NCBI GenBank assembly: GCA_002269645.1
Contig: NIVC01000319.1
Location: 558,001-622,000 of the forward strand
Source of the DNA: Macrostomum lignano
Taxonomy: Eukaryota
DNA length: 64,000 bases
Reading direction: 5' to 3'
Shown here: positions 11,641-24,500 of the stretch, piece after piece
Layout of the letters: every line of letters begins with the position of its first letter
How positions within the stretch are numbered: position 1 is the first letter of the stretch
Position numbers and translations under genes: made by a program
Notes under the pieces: model-generated
Databases searched by the model: none
What the model was told of the DNA's origin: nothing
The model's input: only the letters and a program-made list of their open reading frames with translations

Positions 11641-12279
11641 TGACGCTTTGCACAATATATTAGCGGTATCCAGGGTAAACAAGAACCTGATTTGAATTTC
11701 GCACCCATTTTCTGGGTGAGGAACATTTTTCTTAGAGATTCTTAGAAAATTTTGCGGAAAAAGTTATAAACTCTACATATCGGGAGAATAAGCAGCCTAA
11801 AGCCTTCAGTCTTAAGCTAGGCGATTATAAAAAATAAAAAACATTAAAGAAAGTACGTCGTTCAAATAATCGTACAAGCGCACGCGATAAGATTAAAGAT
11901 AAGTGAAAGCTCGGGAGTACAAATCATTTATTGTGCACACATAATAGAAGTTCATTTTAGTTGCTAAATAAGCATGCAAGAAGACTCAGGATTCATGCAG
12001 TTGTGCCTTGACCGAGTTCCGCTCAAAAACATGTACAATTAATGGTTGAAGCATCGCAAAAGATTATGACTACAGAGAGCAGATTCTTGATTGCAAGATA
12101 TTATTAACGGGTTAACATGAAAATTAAACGCATGCGCACTACTGATAGTAGAAAATTTGACTAAAAACTATTGCTATCCCAGCTGCACAGAAAATAAGAC
12201 AAATGGACGAGGATCACAAAACTTGCGTTATTTAGCCTGTCTTCTGGCCTCTTGCTGCCCAATTAATCAGAGAACGCAA

Positions 12280-12790
12280 GTCTATTCAACCAATCAGAGG
12301 ACAACAGCCTTTAATCCTCAACCAATCAGAGAACAGCAATTATTCTCTCCTCAACTAATTAGAAAACAGCAAGTATTTTCTTCTCAACCAATCAGAGAAC
12401 AGAAAGTCTTTTCTCCTCAACCAATCAGAGAACAGAAAGTCTTTTCTCCCCAACCAATTAGACAACAACAAGTCTTTTCTCCTCAACCAATCAGAGGACA
12501 GCAAGCCTTTCATCCTCAACCAATAAAAGAACAGCAGGTCTTTTCTCCTCAACCAATCAGAGGACAGCAAGCCTTTCATCCTCAACCAATAAAAGAACAG
12601 CAGGTCTTTTCTCCTCAACCAATCAGAGGACAGCAAGCCTTTCATCCTCAACCAATAAAAGAACAGCAGGTCTTTTCTCCTCAACCAATCAGTGAACAGC
12701 AAGTCTTTTCTCCTCAAGCAATCAGTGAACAGAAAGTCTTTTCGCCCCAACCAATCAGAACAGCAACTATTCTCTTCTTAACCAATCAGA
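12280..12790. repeat. 33-bp minisatellite starting at the CNPY stop codon
   Basis: caaccaatcagagaacagcaagtcttttctcct-like units, about 15 copies. Confidence 0.9.
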
Positions 12791-13469
12791 GTTCGTCCTT
12801 CTCGTCGGGGTACTTCTCGCCCAGACAGGCCTCCTCCCTTCCTCTCAGCACCCGCTGGCGGCACAGGAAGTCGGCCAGGCGAACCCCAGCGGACCGGCCA
12901 GTGAAGAACCAGTCCCGGATGTCGTCCTCCCAGGTCTCAATGAGAGCTTCGCATTCCTTCTTTAACGAGTGCACCTCGGTTGGGGCGGAGTCCCACAGCT
13001 CCTTGGGAATGCCGAGGTCCACCTTTACGCCTCTGCAGGTGTGATAATTAAAGATTCAAAGTATTTGCTGCATAATGGGATCAAAGGAGCCAGTTACTCA
13101 AACTCACTTGGCAACCAGGCTATCCAGTGTCTTGAAGGTGACAGACTTTCCCGGCTTGAACCGCAGGCTGTTTTTGTGCTCCTTGTGCAGCTGGTAGGCC
13201 AGCAGGCGGTCGCACAGCGGCGGATTCTCCAGAACTTCAATGAGGCGCAGCTCGCTGTCCTTGTAGGGCACTGCGGCCTTGGTCATGACCACCGAGTGCG
13301 ACTCAGTCTCAGCCAGGCGCTTCTCCAGCTCAATCACTGAGTACTTGCAAACCTCACACAGTGTGGGCTGCCGAACTCCGTGCTCGTCTTCCTTGGTTAC
13401 CAGATCTGCGGCCCTAGCAACGAGCAGGCAACAGGCAGCAAGATAGAGAAACCTCATTGTTGTTGCCAT
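12786..13469 (-). CDS. CNPY4: Canopy family ER co-chaperone (CNPY3/CNPY4-like) with signal peptide and KDEL; 2 exons
   Basis: Exons 13469-13108 and 13032-12786, joined by a 75-nt GT-AG phase-2 intron. Reads MATTMRFLYLAACCLLVARA...CEVCKY...SELRLIEVLE...C...GVKVDLGIPKELWD...LKKECE...IRDWF...FLC...ACLGE...KDEL*. The choice between CNPY3 and CNPY4 is not resolved. Confidence 0.88.
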
Positions 13470-13577
13470 GCCAAAATTTGTAGAAAGTTGGCTGCAAGGA
13501 CAGAATTTAAACTGAAAATTAGTCAAGACTGTTTTAGACCACCTAGGTCTGCCTCACCCTGATTAATTATGGTAACA

Positions 13578-13990
13578 ATCGACTAGGCCTGCCCACTCTG
13601 GCCAATTAGAGATCGACTAGGCCTGCCCACTCTGGCCAATTAGAGATCGACTAGGCCTGCCCACTCTGGCCAATTAGAGATCGACTAGGCCTGCCTCACT
13701 CTGGCCAATTAGAGATCGACTAGGCCTGTCTCACTCTGGCCAATTAGAGATCGACTAGGCCTGCCCACTCTGGCCAATTAGAGATCGACTAGGCCTGCCC
13801 ACTCTGGCCAATTAGAGATCGACTAGGCCTGCCTCACTCTGGCCAATTAGAGATCGACTAGGCCTGCCCCACTCTGGCCAATTAGAGATCGACTAGGCCT
13901 GCCCCACTCTGGCCAATTAGAGATCGACTAGGCCTGCCTCACTCTGCATGGCCAATTAGAGATCGACTAGGCCTGCCCCACTCTGGCCAA
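13578..13990. repeat. 34-35 bp minisatellite upstream of CNPY
   Basis: gagatcgactaggcctgcccactctggccaatta, about 12 copies. Confidence 0.95.
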
Positions 13991-14948
13991 TCAGCGACCG
14001 CCTAGGTCTGCTTTACCCTAACCAGTTAGAAACTCTGCTTTGACTATCTTGTGTGAAATGAAAGAACAAGCAACAGTAAGAGCATATATCAGCAGTTATC
14101 GAAACAACTTCTGTTCCAGTTAAACATTTTTATTTCAAGCCTCAAACAGGCGGCACACAAAATACGCGGACTCGTCTAATGTCGCACTATTAATAAGCAA
14201 AGGAGGGAAAAACAGAGAATGAAAAGACCAGTCGAAAAAAGCAAAAAGCCCAGAAAAGTTCTGTCGTTGGATTCGGTGGTATTTGATCAGTTGGCGCCAT
14301 CCGGCACTCTTAGCAGAGACAGAGCTGAGCATAAAAAAGCAGTTAAAATAATGACAATAAAAAGGACAGTCCAAAATTAAATAAAAAGCAAAGATTCACA
14401 GACGGGAAAACTAAAGAGATAAAAGTTTTGATTCGATTATAATTTAGCTTTTCTTATGCATTTCCAATTGCCAGTTCCCACTCCCCTATAAAACAGCAAT
14501 TGAAGATTATAAGCACAGGCGGGATTAATGATTCAATTATTAGCACACAGATAAACAACAGGGATAAACGGAGAAGAGGATTACGAATGAGTTCGAGCAG
14601 ACAAAACAGTTTAGCATTCTGTCAAATTTAATGCGAGAGAAAATAAAACGCAGAGGATGAATAATTAATTAGCTCATCAGGGCAGCAGCCACGCCAAGTA
14701 ATTCGGTAATTTTCTAAAAACATTCTCAGAGCAAATTTCAATTGGGCAATTCCGCATCTAGTTTGATCATAGAGATGGAGATTCAGCTGCTGACCCAGAT
14801 TCAGCTTGCAGTCTCTGCAGCCTTTTCCAATCCCGTACGTTGATCATAATTAACTAGTCTAGAATTGATTATTACTGACTAAATTGGAACATTAAAACAC
14901 AACAGTTCTTATATCTAACATAACTTAGAACTCACAGCATGCCTGGCA

Positions 14949-17776
14949 CTAAGACTTGCCCGCCTTCCACACCCGGTGCAGGCGGGACTTGTCGTCAAAC
15001 AGGGAGCGGATCATCATCACCTGGATGCCGGACACGAACAGCATCACCACCAGCTGGAAGATGGACCAGGTGCTCACCCGGGCATTGTTCGCGTCCATCA
15101 TCATGCGATCGCGGGCCTCGTTGTTGCGGCTCTTGCTCAGCAAGTAGATGGTGCGCAGCAGGTGGTCCTCCACTTTGTCCGTGGATTTCTGCGGCGGGGG
15201 GGGGGTTATAGCTATTCGAAACAGCTGATGGAGTACTCACATCCAGCTACTGTAATTACATGTACAGCAATTTACAAACAAACACACCAATGTACATACA
15301 CCAATGCACACACACACCAATGTACAGACACCAGTGTACATACACCAATGTACGCAAATCAATGTACATACACCAATGCACACACACCAATGTACAGACA
15401 CCAGTGTACATACACCAATGTACATACACCAATGTACATACACCAATGTACGCAAATAAATGTACATACACCAATGTTGTAAATCAATGTACATACACTA
15501 AGTACACACAACAATGTACATACACCAATGTACACACAACAATGTACACGCACTAATGTACACACACCAATGTACACACAACAATGTACACACAACAATG
15601 TACACGCACTAATGTACACACACCAATGTACACACAACAATGTACACACAGCAATGTACACACATACCAGTGTAAGTACACCAATGTACACACAGCAATG
15701 TACACACATACCAGTGTAAGTACACCAATTTACACACACCCATGTACACACATACCAGTGTAAGTACACCAATATACACACACCAATATACATACACAAA
15801 TGTACACACACCAATGTACATACAACAATTTACACACACAAATGTACATACACCAATATGCATACACCAATGTACACCAATTTGGCAGCCACTCACGTAA
15901 AACTCCTCCCAGGAAAGCTCCATCTCGCGGAGGCTGGTCCGCAGTCCCTCGGACAGCTGATCGGCGCCAGGCCGGAGGCCTTCGCGTCCCTGTTCGACAT
16001 CTATGTTAAAGTACACGAGCTTGTCGTGCCAGGAAGAGTACCGGTTGTCCAGGCAGATCATGTAGGCCGGCAGGCGCATGTCGGCAGTCGATTTGGCCGG
16101 GTCGAATGCAAAACTCGCCTCGCCGTAGGCTTTGCCGCGCCGATCGAACGCCAGTTTGCCGCCTGGCGAATTGATGAAGACGTCAATGTCCAGACTGCCG
16201 CCGCTTGTCACCTGGGCGAGTGTTGGAATGTACAGGGCAGGGTCGGCTTGGTTATCGCAGCTTACAACGGTTCTAATGCATTAAAACGCCCACGCAAAAC
16301 TACACGGCCTTAAAGTGCGCACGTCTACACAACATCTACGAGAAATATATAAAGCACACACCCGTGCAAACCTAAATAATATTAGAGTACACATGACAGA
16401 CAGGCCTGCAGGGACTTAAAGTACACACGACTAGGCAATTATGCATGGCCTTACAGTTACACATGTCCAGGAAGTTTAAGTAGCACTGAAATACACACAC
16501 CCACGCAACCAACACAGCCTTAGAGTACACACGCCCACGCAAACCTGCACGGCCTTAGAGTACACACACCCACGCAAACCTGCACGGCCTTAGAGTACAC
16601 ACGCCCACGCAAACCTGCACGGCCTTAGAGTACACACGCCCAAGCAAACCTGCACGGCCTTAGAGTACACACACCCACGCAAACCTGCACGGCCTTAGAG
16701 TACACACGCCCACGCAAACCTGCACGGCCTTAGAGTACACACACCCACGCAAACCTGCACGGCCTTAGAGTACACACGCCCACGCAAACCTGCACGGCCT
16801 TAGAGTACACACGCCCAAGCAAACCTGCACGGCCTTAGAGTACACACGCCCAAACAAACCTGCACGGCCTTAGAGTACACACGCCCACGCAAACCTGCAA
16901 GCCCTTCGAGCTAGTACACAAGCCTACCCAAAACTTAGCTGCAAAATACACAAACACAAACAATTTAGGCCACAAATACATGTAATCCAATCTTCTCACC
17001 TGATACTCAAAGGTGAAGTTGCTAGATGCCTTATGATAAAAGCACTGCTTCCCCCGGCTGGGCAGGCGGTACACAAACGAGATGGACCGCATGTCGAATT
17101 CGTTAGGCTCCGATGGCAGCAGCACAGAGGGCACCCGCTTGCCTCCTTGATGGCCATCGTCCGGCCTGTCGCGGGAATCCCGCGGCGGCGGTGGCTGCCG
17201 ATGATGGGTAGAAACGGATTCTTGTGTCTCCGGGTGAGGTGGCTGATGATGCTCGGGTGGAGGCTGGTACTGCTGCTGCTGCTGCTGCTCTGGAGGCTGT
17301 TGGTGGACAGGCGGTGGCTGTTGCTGGACAGGCGGCTGCTGTTGGTGGACAGGCGGCTGCTGCTGGTGGGCAGGCGGTGGCTGCTGGTGGACAGGTGGCT
17401 GCTGGTGGGCAGGCGGTGGTTGCTGCTGGACAGGCGGCTGCTGCTGGTGGACAGGTGGTGGCTGCTGGTGGACAGGCGGCTGCTGCTGGTGGACAGGCGG
17501 CTGCTGGTGGACAGGCGGTGGCTGTTGGTGGACAGGCGGCTGCTGCTGGTGGACAGGCAGTGGCTGTTGGTAGTCAGGCGGGGGCTGTTGATGGGCAGGT
17601 GGAGGCTGATTATGCTCGGGCGGAGGCTGGTGATGCTGAGTTGGTGGGGGCTGTTGCGCTGCAGCCTGCTCACTAGATGGAGGCACAGCCTGAGGAGGCT
17701 GCTGAGCGATGCAGCAAGCAGTCAGCAGCAGCAGCAGCGCCGCAGCCTCAAGCAGCAGGAACTTCAGTCGAGCCAT
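14949..17776 (-). CDS. p24/TMED (emp24/gp25L) cargo receptor, paralog A, gamma-like, with Q/P/H-rich N-terminal insert; 3 exons
   Basis: Exons 17776-17000, 16211-15897 and 15188-14949, all phase 0 GT-AG. Signal peptide, then QQPPPVH repeats, GOLD domain (LPSRGKQCFY...FEYQV..GG.LDIDVFI.SP.G...YMICLDNRYSSWHDKLVYF), coiled coil (EARDR), TM (WSIFQLVVMLFVSGIQVMMIRSLF) and a short tail. Confidence 0.9.
15270..15880. repeat. Degenerate tgtacac/accaa repeat in TMED-A intron 2
   Basis: caccaatgtacata/cacac units. Confidence 0.85.
16500..16900. repeat. 35-bp minisatellite in TMED-A intron 1
   Basis: acacgcccacgcaaacctgcacggccttagagtac, about 11 copies. Confidence 0.92.
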
Positions 17777-17864
17777 TAAAATGACAGCATAAAAGATAAC
17801 AGATAATAAGCTTATTAATCCACTATAGCAAAACTAGTTGTCTGTCGGTGTGTGATTAAGCTGT

Positions 17865-18145
17865 TGCTAAGGTGCACGCTAAGGTGCATAAGACTGTTGC
17901 TAAGATGCACAAGGCTGGTGTTAAGTCGCACAAGGCTGTAGTCAAGGTACACAAGGCTGTTGCTAAGGTACACAAGGCTGTGGCTACGCTACACAAGGCT
18001 GTTGCTAAGGTGCACGCTAAGGTGCAAAAACCTGTTGCTAAGGTGCACAAGGTTGTACATGTATCTAAGGTACACACAAGGCTGTTGCTAAGGTGCACAA
18101 GGTTGTACATGTATCTAAGGTACACACAAGGCTGTTACTAAGGTG
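17865..18145. repeat. 21-bp minisatellite upstream of TMED-A
   Basis: aaggtgcacaaggctgttgct-like units. Confidence 0.85.
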
Positions 18146-18660
18146 CTTCTGATTTCTGATTCTTTTGATATATTAAAGGGGGTAGAATCTCTAGTCGTAC
18201 TACTATTCTTAAAGTCAGTAGTGCATCCAGCCAATTTCTACAGCAACTACATAATTTAGTAAAAAACGAGAACAAGACAGTGTTTGTCCAAAACTGTAAT
18301 TCAAAAATTTTTATTACTTCTTTCCGGAGCCTAACCAAAAGATGTTAAATAAAAAATACCATTTGACAGGAGAAATTCTTGGCTTTAGAAACTTATCAAA
18401 ATATATTGCTAACTATTGAATCTAGAACTGGAAAACTCTAAGAAAAAAGAAAACTTGAAAAACTCTTGAAAAATGCAATTAGATTGTAGAATGTAAATTT
18501 CTAGTGGTAATTCCTAATTCAATAAAATGCACACAGAACTGGAAATTGATAGCATTGAGGATACAAAACAAAAATATCTTAGTGTAATGAAAGAATGGGA
18601 TTCGAACTCCGGACCTAAGTAGAGAAACTGTCAACAGCCGGCAATGAAAGGCTGATTCAG

Positions 18661-20878
18661 TCATCCAATAAGGAACGAGCCGCGGACTCGCCAGACCCGA
18701 TGCAGCACGGACTTCTCATCGAACAGGGAGCGGATCATCAGCACCTGCAGGCCGGACACGCCCAGCATGACCGCCAGCTGCAGGGCGGACCAGCGGCTCA
18801 CCCGGGCCGCGCTGTCCTCCATAGCCAGCCGGTCGCGGGTCTCGTCGACACGGAACTCCCGCTGGATGCTGGCGCTGCGATGCAGATTGTCCTCCACGGC
18901 CCACGTCAGCGTCTGGGGATGGAGGGGCGGTGGTGATCGGGGACCTCAGATCTTCATGTACTATTCTCAGTCTATGGAAATCTCAACTCTAGAAATCTAA
19001 ACCCTGGAAATCTCAACCCTGGAAATCTCAACTCTAGAAATCTCAACCCTGGAAATCTCAACCCTTGAAATCTCAACCCTTGAAATCTCAACCCTTGAAA
19101 TCTCAACCCTTGAAATCTCAACCTTGGAAATCTCAACCCAGGAAATCTCAACTCTAGAAATTTCAACCCTGGACTTCTTAACCCTGGACTTCTTAACCCT
19201 GGAAATCTCAACCCTGGAAATCTCAACCCTGGAAATCTCAATTTAGGAAATCTCAACTCTAGAAATCTCAACCCTGGAATTCTTAACCCTGGAAATTTCA
19301 ACCCTGGAAATCTCAACCCTGAAAATCTCAACCCTGGAAATCTCAACTCTAGAAATCTCAACCCTGGAAATCTCAACCGTGAAAATCTCCACCTTGGAAA
19401 TCTCAATGTTAGAAATCTTAGCCCTGAATTCTCAACCTTAGAAATCTCAACACGAGTCAACATTGTAAATCATTCAAATAATTCAATTCTGGAAATCTTA
19501 ACTATCGAAATTTTAACCTCGGAATTCTCACCTTAATCCTGCCATGAGATATTCATAGCAGGATTAGTGTTGGAAGTGTCAGCCTTCAAACTTTTTTGTC
19601 AGTCTATGGAACCCCCCCAACCTTGAGAATCTCAGTATTGAACGAATTTTCATCTGATTTTCAGCTGCGGACGTCTCAAACTTGGAAATCTATGCTCTAT
19701 GGAGATATTGACATTGAACTTCTCATTTGAGCACTAGTTACGGAAATCTTAGTCTTGGGATATTTATCTGTTCCAGCTATGGAAACTTCAGGTTTTCAAG
19801 TCCAATCTGATGACCAGTCTGAGGCACTGAGCTGTCAAGGATCAGGGAAACCAACCAGAAAGTGCGACCAGCTGATGTCCAAGCGCTTCAGCTCAGCAGT
19901 CATGGCCTCGGGCAGAGGCTCCAGCATCTCGCCGCTCCCTCCGCTGACGTTGATGCGCTTGCGCTGCAGCTCGATCCTGAAGTCCACAACTTTATCGTAC
20001 CAGCTGGAGTGCCGGTTGTCCAGGCACACCGTGTGCACCGGCGACTCGCCGCCCGGGACCGCCGACTCCGGAGCGGCCGGCGCCAAGAAGCCGCCCTGGC
20101 GCCGTTCCCGACTCTCGTAGGCCACGCGGCCGCCCGGGCCGACAATGTACACATCGATGTCCAGCCGGCCGCCGTACAGAACTCGAAACTCGAACTGGAA
20201 CGACTTCGCTGTTCGATGATGAAAGCACTGACGGCCACGGCTGGGGAGAACAAAGACAAAGGAGGAGTCCACGCCGTCGAAGGAGTCGCTGGACTCGGCT
20301 GACGGCAGTAGGAAGCTGGGAATCCGGCGTGGCGGTGGCGGCCCACGAGGCGGCGGCGGCGGCCCCCGCGGAGGTGGCGGCCGCATTCGCTGGCCATCGG
20401 GACCCGGCTGCGGCGAACGACCGTGCGTTGCCTGAATCTGAGCGCTGGGCACTGGCGGAGACTGGACGCTTTTTGATGGCGGGGCCTGACCACTTGATGG
20501 CGGGTCCTGACCGCTTGATGGCGGGGCCTGACCGCTTGATGGCGCAGTCTGACCGCTTGATTGCGCAGTCTGACCGCTTGATGGCGGGGCCTGACTGTTC
20601 GATGGCGGGACCTGACCGTTTGATGGTGGGGCCTGACCGCTTGATGGCGGGGCCTGACCGCTTGATGGCGGGGCCTGACCGCTTGATGGCGGGGCCTGAC
20701 CGCTTGATGGCGGGGCCTGACTGTTCGATGGCGGGACCTGACCGCTTGATGGCGGGGCCTGACCGCTTGATGGCGGGGCCTGACCGCTTGATTGACCGCT
20801 GACCGCCTGACCGCAGACAACTAAGCAGACGCAAAGGCAGGCAAGCCACGCACGAAGTTGGGCGGCACCTCGGACCAT
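18661..20878 (-). CDS. p24/TMED cargo receptor, paralog B, with GQAPPSS heptad repeats; 2 exons
   Basis: Exons 20878-19856 and 18912-18661, phase 0 GT-AG. Signal peptide, about 16 GQAPPSS-type units, GOLD domain (LPSRGRQCFH...FEFRVLYGGRLDIDVYIVGPGG...VCLDNRHSSWYDKVVDF), ETRDR coil and TM (WSALQLAVMLGVSGLQVLMIRSLF). Confidence 0.9.
18975..19450. repeat. 15-bp minisatellite in the TMED-B intron
   Basis: ggaaatctcaaccct, about 30 copies. Confidence 0.92.
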
Positions 20879-21257
20879 AATTGAACTGGCAGCTGACAGT
20901 AGTTTAGCAGTAGTATGATTCGCAAGTGAAACGCATGCATTAATTTTAGTTTCAAATATGAATTTTTTACCAATTTGCATTGTACTGTATTTGGATAGTG
21001 CTTTAATATCAAGGCAAAGTAACAAGAGGAAATTTTATATAAAAAAATAATTCAAATTGTGCTTTATTTATTAAGGTTTTGATAGAAAAGTTAGCAAGCA
21101 ATTTAAATGTTGCTATTTTAAATGCTGGAACAATACAAACGTTCGAATCGGAAATGCGACTTAATTTCAAGCCGGCACTAAATAGCTGAAATGCCCTAAA
21201 AGATAAAAAAACTATAGGCAGATGAGCCATTCACTAATTCTTAAAACGCGTACTTAC

Positions 21258-21445
21258 CCCACAGATACCCAATCATGTACCTGAGAGTACCGCACAGATA
21301 CCCAATCATGTACCTGAGAGTACCGCACAGATACCCAATCATGTACCTGAGAGTACCGCACAGATACCCAATCATGTACCTGAGAGTACCGCACAGATAC
21401 CCAATCATGTACCTGAGAGTACCGCACAGATACCCAATCATGTGT
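21258..21445. repeat. 33-bp minisatellite between GEN1 and TMED-B
   Basis: cacagatacccaatcatgtacctgagagtaccg, about 5.5 copies. Confidence 0.92.
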
Positions 21446-21572
21446 CTGAGTGAAGCCCGAAAATACCCATTCCATGACAGAGTACCTACAGACACTTCAT
21501 CAGAGAATTACAGTGCTCAAACTATCTACAAATTTATACAATAAAAATTGTTAAAAGTTTATATTAAAAAGG

Positions 21573-24500
21573 TCACTGAGACTGGAACGCCTCCTCCAGC
21601 GCTTGGCCAACGGCTTGGTTACAGTTGTACAGCAGCTGCAGTCTGGCAGTTAATCGGGGCGGCGTTTCGAACTTATCGAAGCTGTCGTTCAGTTGCGGTA
21701 GCGGCGGAATTCTACCGCGAATTGGTGGCACGGCTGGAGCCGATGCGTGGGCGGATGCTGGAGTCGATGCGTGGGAGGATGCTGGAGCCGATACGTGGGC
21801 GGATGCCGGAACCGATGCGTGGGAGGATGCTGGAGCCGATGCGTGGGCGGATGCTGGAGCCGATACGTGGGCGGATGCCGGAACCGATGCGTGGGAGGAT
21901 GCTGGAGCCGATACGTGGGCGGATACTGGAACCGATGCGTGGGAGGATGCTGGAGCCGATACGTGGGCGGATGCTGGAACCGATGCGTGGGAGGATGCTG
22001 GAGCAGATGCGTGGGCGGATGCTGGATCCGATGCGTGGGCGGATGCTAGAACCGATACATGGATGGACGCTGGAGCTGATGCCGGAACTGATGCGTGGGC
22101 GGATACAAGCGAGTCATTCAACAGCGAAGATTCCAGACGGAACTGGCAGATGGGAGGCTGTAGAGCCGCCTCATCGTGTCGAAAATCAACGAACAGGTGA
22201 CCGAACGGCCGCCGGGAATTATCACTGTCCGACTCTGTCGGAACCGGAAGTTCAGCGGCAGACGTCGACAGGGAGATGTCGGCGAACAGGTCCGAAAGAG
22301 AATCGACCAAGACGCTGCGGCGCCGGGGACGGACGGGCGGCTCTGGCGGCAGCGGCTGAGAAACGAAAAATTTGTCAATCTTCACAGCAGCTTCGCCCGG
22401 CTTCGGTGCCGGCTTCCGGTTCTCTGCTGGCTTCTTTTTCTTCTTTTTCTGCTTCTGCTGCTCCTGCTTTGCTTTCAGCTTGTCCTCCTTCTCCTGCAGC
22501 CTCAGCTGCTCGAAGCCGGCCAGCATGTCCCGGTACAGCTGGCCGAAAGGGTGCCGGGGCACGCACAGAGTGTAGAACTCCGATTCCGTCCAAATGTCGA
22601 ACTCGAGCTTGTGGAGTTCCACCTGGGTGCGGGGGGGGGGCAATAAAACTTTTTAGACTTAATACCTTGAAGAAGAGGTATAAAAATATTATCCAAAAAA
22701 CTAAATCCCCATTGATACAACTCTATAAGACAGAATTCAATAAGATAGAGTTCAATCAGATAGAAACAAATCCGTTAACATGGATACCATATAATACTGC
22801 ATAGAATATAAGAGTCGCATAGTTGCCCAGTGCTGAAATCTGATCAAAATTTAATACACTCGTAGGATAGAACCCGATAGGATAGAACACCACAGGATAG
22901 AACCCGATAGGATAGAACACCACAGGATAGAACCCGATAGGATAGAACACCATAGGATAGAACCCGATAGGATAGAACACCATAGGATAGACCAGAGGAT
23001 AGAACCCATTTATAAGATAGAACACCAAAGGATAGAACACCATAGGATAGAACACCATAGGATAGAACACCATAGGATAGAACGCCATAGGATAGACCAA
23101 AGGATAGAACCCATAGGATAGAACACCATAGGATAGACCAAAGGATAGAACCCATAGGATAGAACCCTAAAAAATAGAACCATATTTCCTATAGGATAGA
23201 ATCCTATAGTAGGGAGTTCCATAGCATCAAATCCTGTGGGATCAAGCACCTCAGGGGAAATCTCAGGGTGCATCTCACCTCGTAGCAGGGCACGCCGGCC
23301 CGGATTCGCTCAGCCAGGATTCTCCGGGGCCTCGGGCCCACCGAGCAGCCGGCACTCGCACCTTCGGGCAGCTGCTCATCCCAGATGCACAGCAGCGGCA
23401 GCAGCTTGGCAACGGTGTACTCCTCGGCCCATTCCAGCCTGTCCAGGCAGAAGCGGACCAGCTCCAGCGGCCTGGGCCGGCGCCACACCACCCGATCCTC
23501 GGTAAGCAGCGGCCAGCTCCGGTTGGCCTCCAGGAATTCGCTGACGATGGCCGGTGCGGCAGCCGACGTGGCCGACGCGGCGATGAACCGGCGAAGCACG
23601 CCGCAACCGTCGGCATTGCCTCCTCCGCCGCCGGCCTCCAGCAGTTTGGCAGTGGCGTCGGCACCGGGCGGCAGGCAGCGGAAGAACTTCAGCGCCAGGG
23701 CTGGCCCGACGCCCGGAGTGCCGCCTGGCGCGTAGTCGCAGCCGAGCAGCAGCGCCAGAGCCACCAGGCGGTCCCGGCCGAGGCCCAGCTGAGTGGCCAG
23801 GCGGCAGCTCTCGAACCAGTCCACGTGGGCGTCACGGCTGTCCATGCTGCTCGAGGGGGCGAGTGAGCAAGCGATGGCACAGTTAAAAAATTGATTTGAA
23901 TGGGGTCTGGCAAGAAGTCAAATCTTAAGGACAAATTTAGGATAGGGTGAGATTTCCAGAGGGAAAATCACTGGGTGAGATTCTCAGATGTCAAATCACT
24001 GGGTGAGATTCTCAGAGGTCAAATCTCTGGGTGAGATTCTCAGATGTCAAATCTCTGGGTGAGATTCTCAGATGTCAAATCTCTTGGTAAGATTCTCAGA
24101 GGTCAAATCTCTGGGTGAGATTCTCAGATGTCAATCTTCGTGAGATTCTCAGAGGTCAAATCTTTGGATGATATTCTTAGATGTCAAATCTCTTGGTGAG
24201 ATTCTCAGATGTCAAATCTCTTGGTGAGATTTTCAGATGTCAAATCTCTTGGTGAGATTTTCAGATGTCAAATCTCTTGGTGAGATTCTCAGATGTCAAT
24301 CTTGGTGAGATTCTCAGAGGTCAAATCTCTGGGTGAGATTCCCAAAGGCCAAGTCTCTGGGTGAGATTCCCAGGGAGAAAATCACTGGGTGAGATTCTCA
24401 GATGTCAAATCTTTTGGTGAGATTCTCAGAGGTCAAATCTCTGGGTGAGATTCTCAGATGTCAATCTTCGTGAGATTCTCAGAGGTCAAATCTTTGGATG

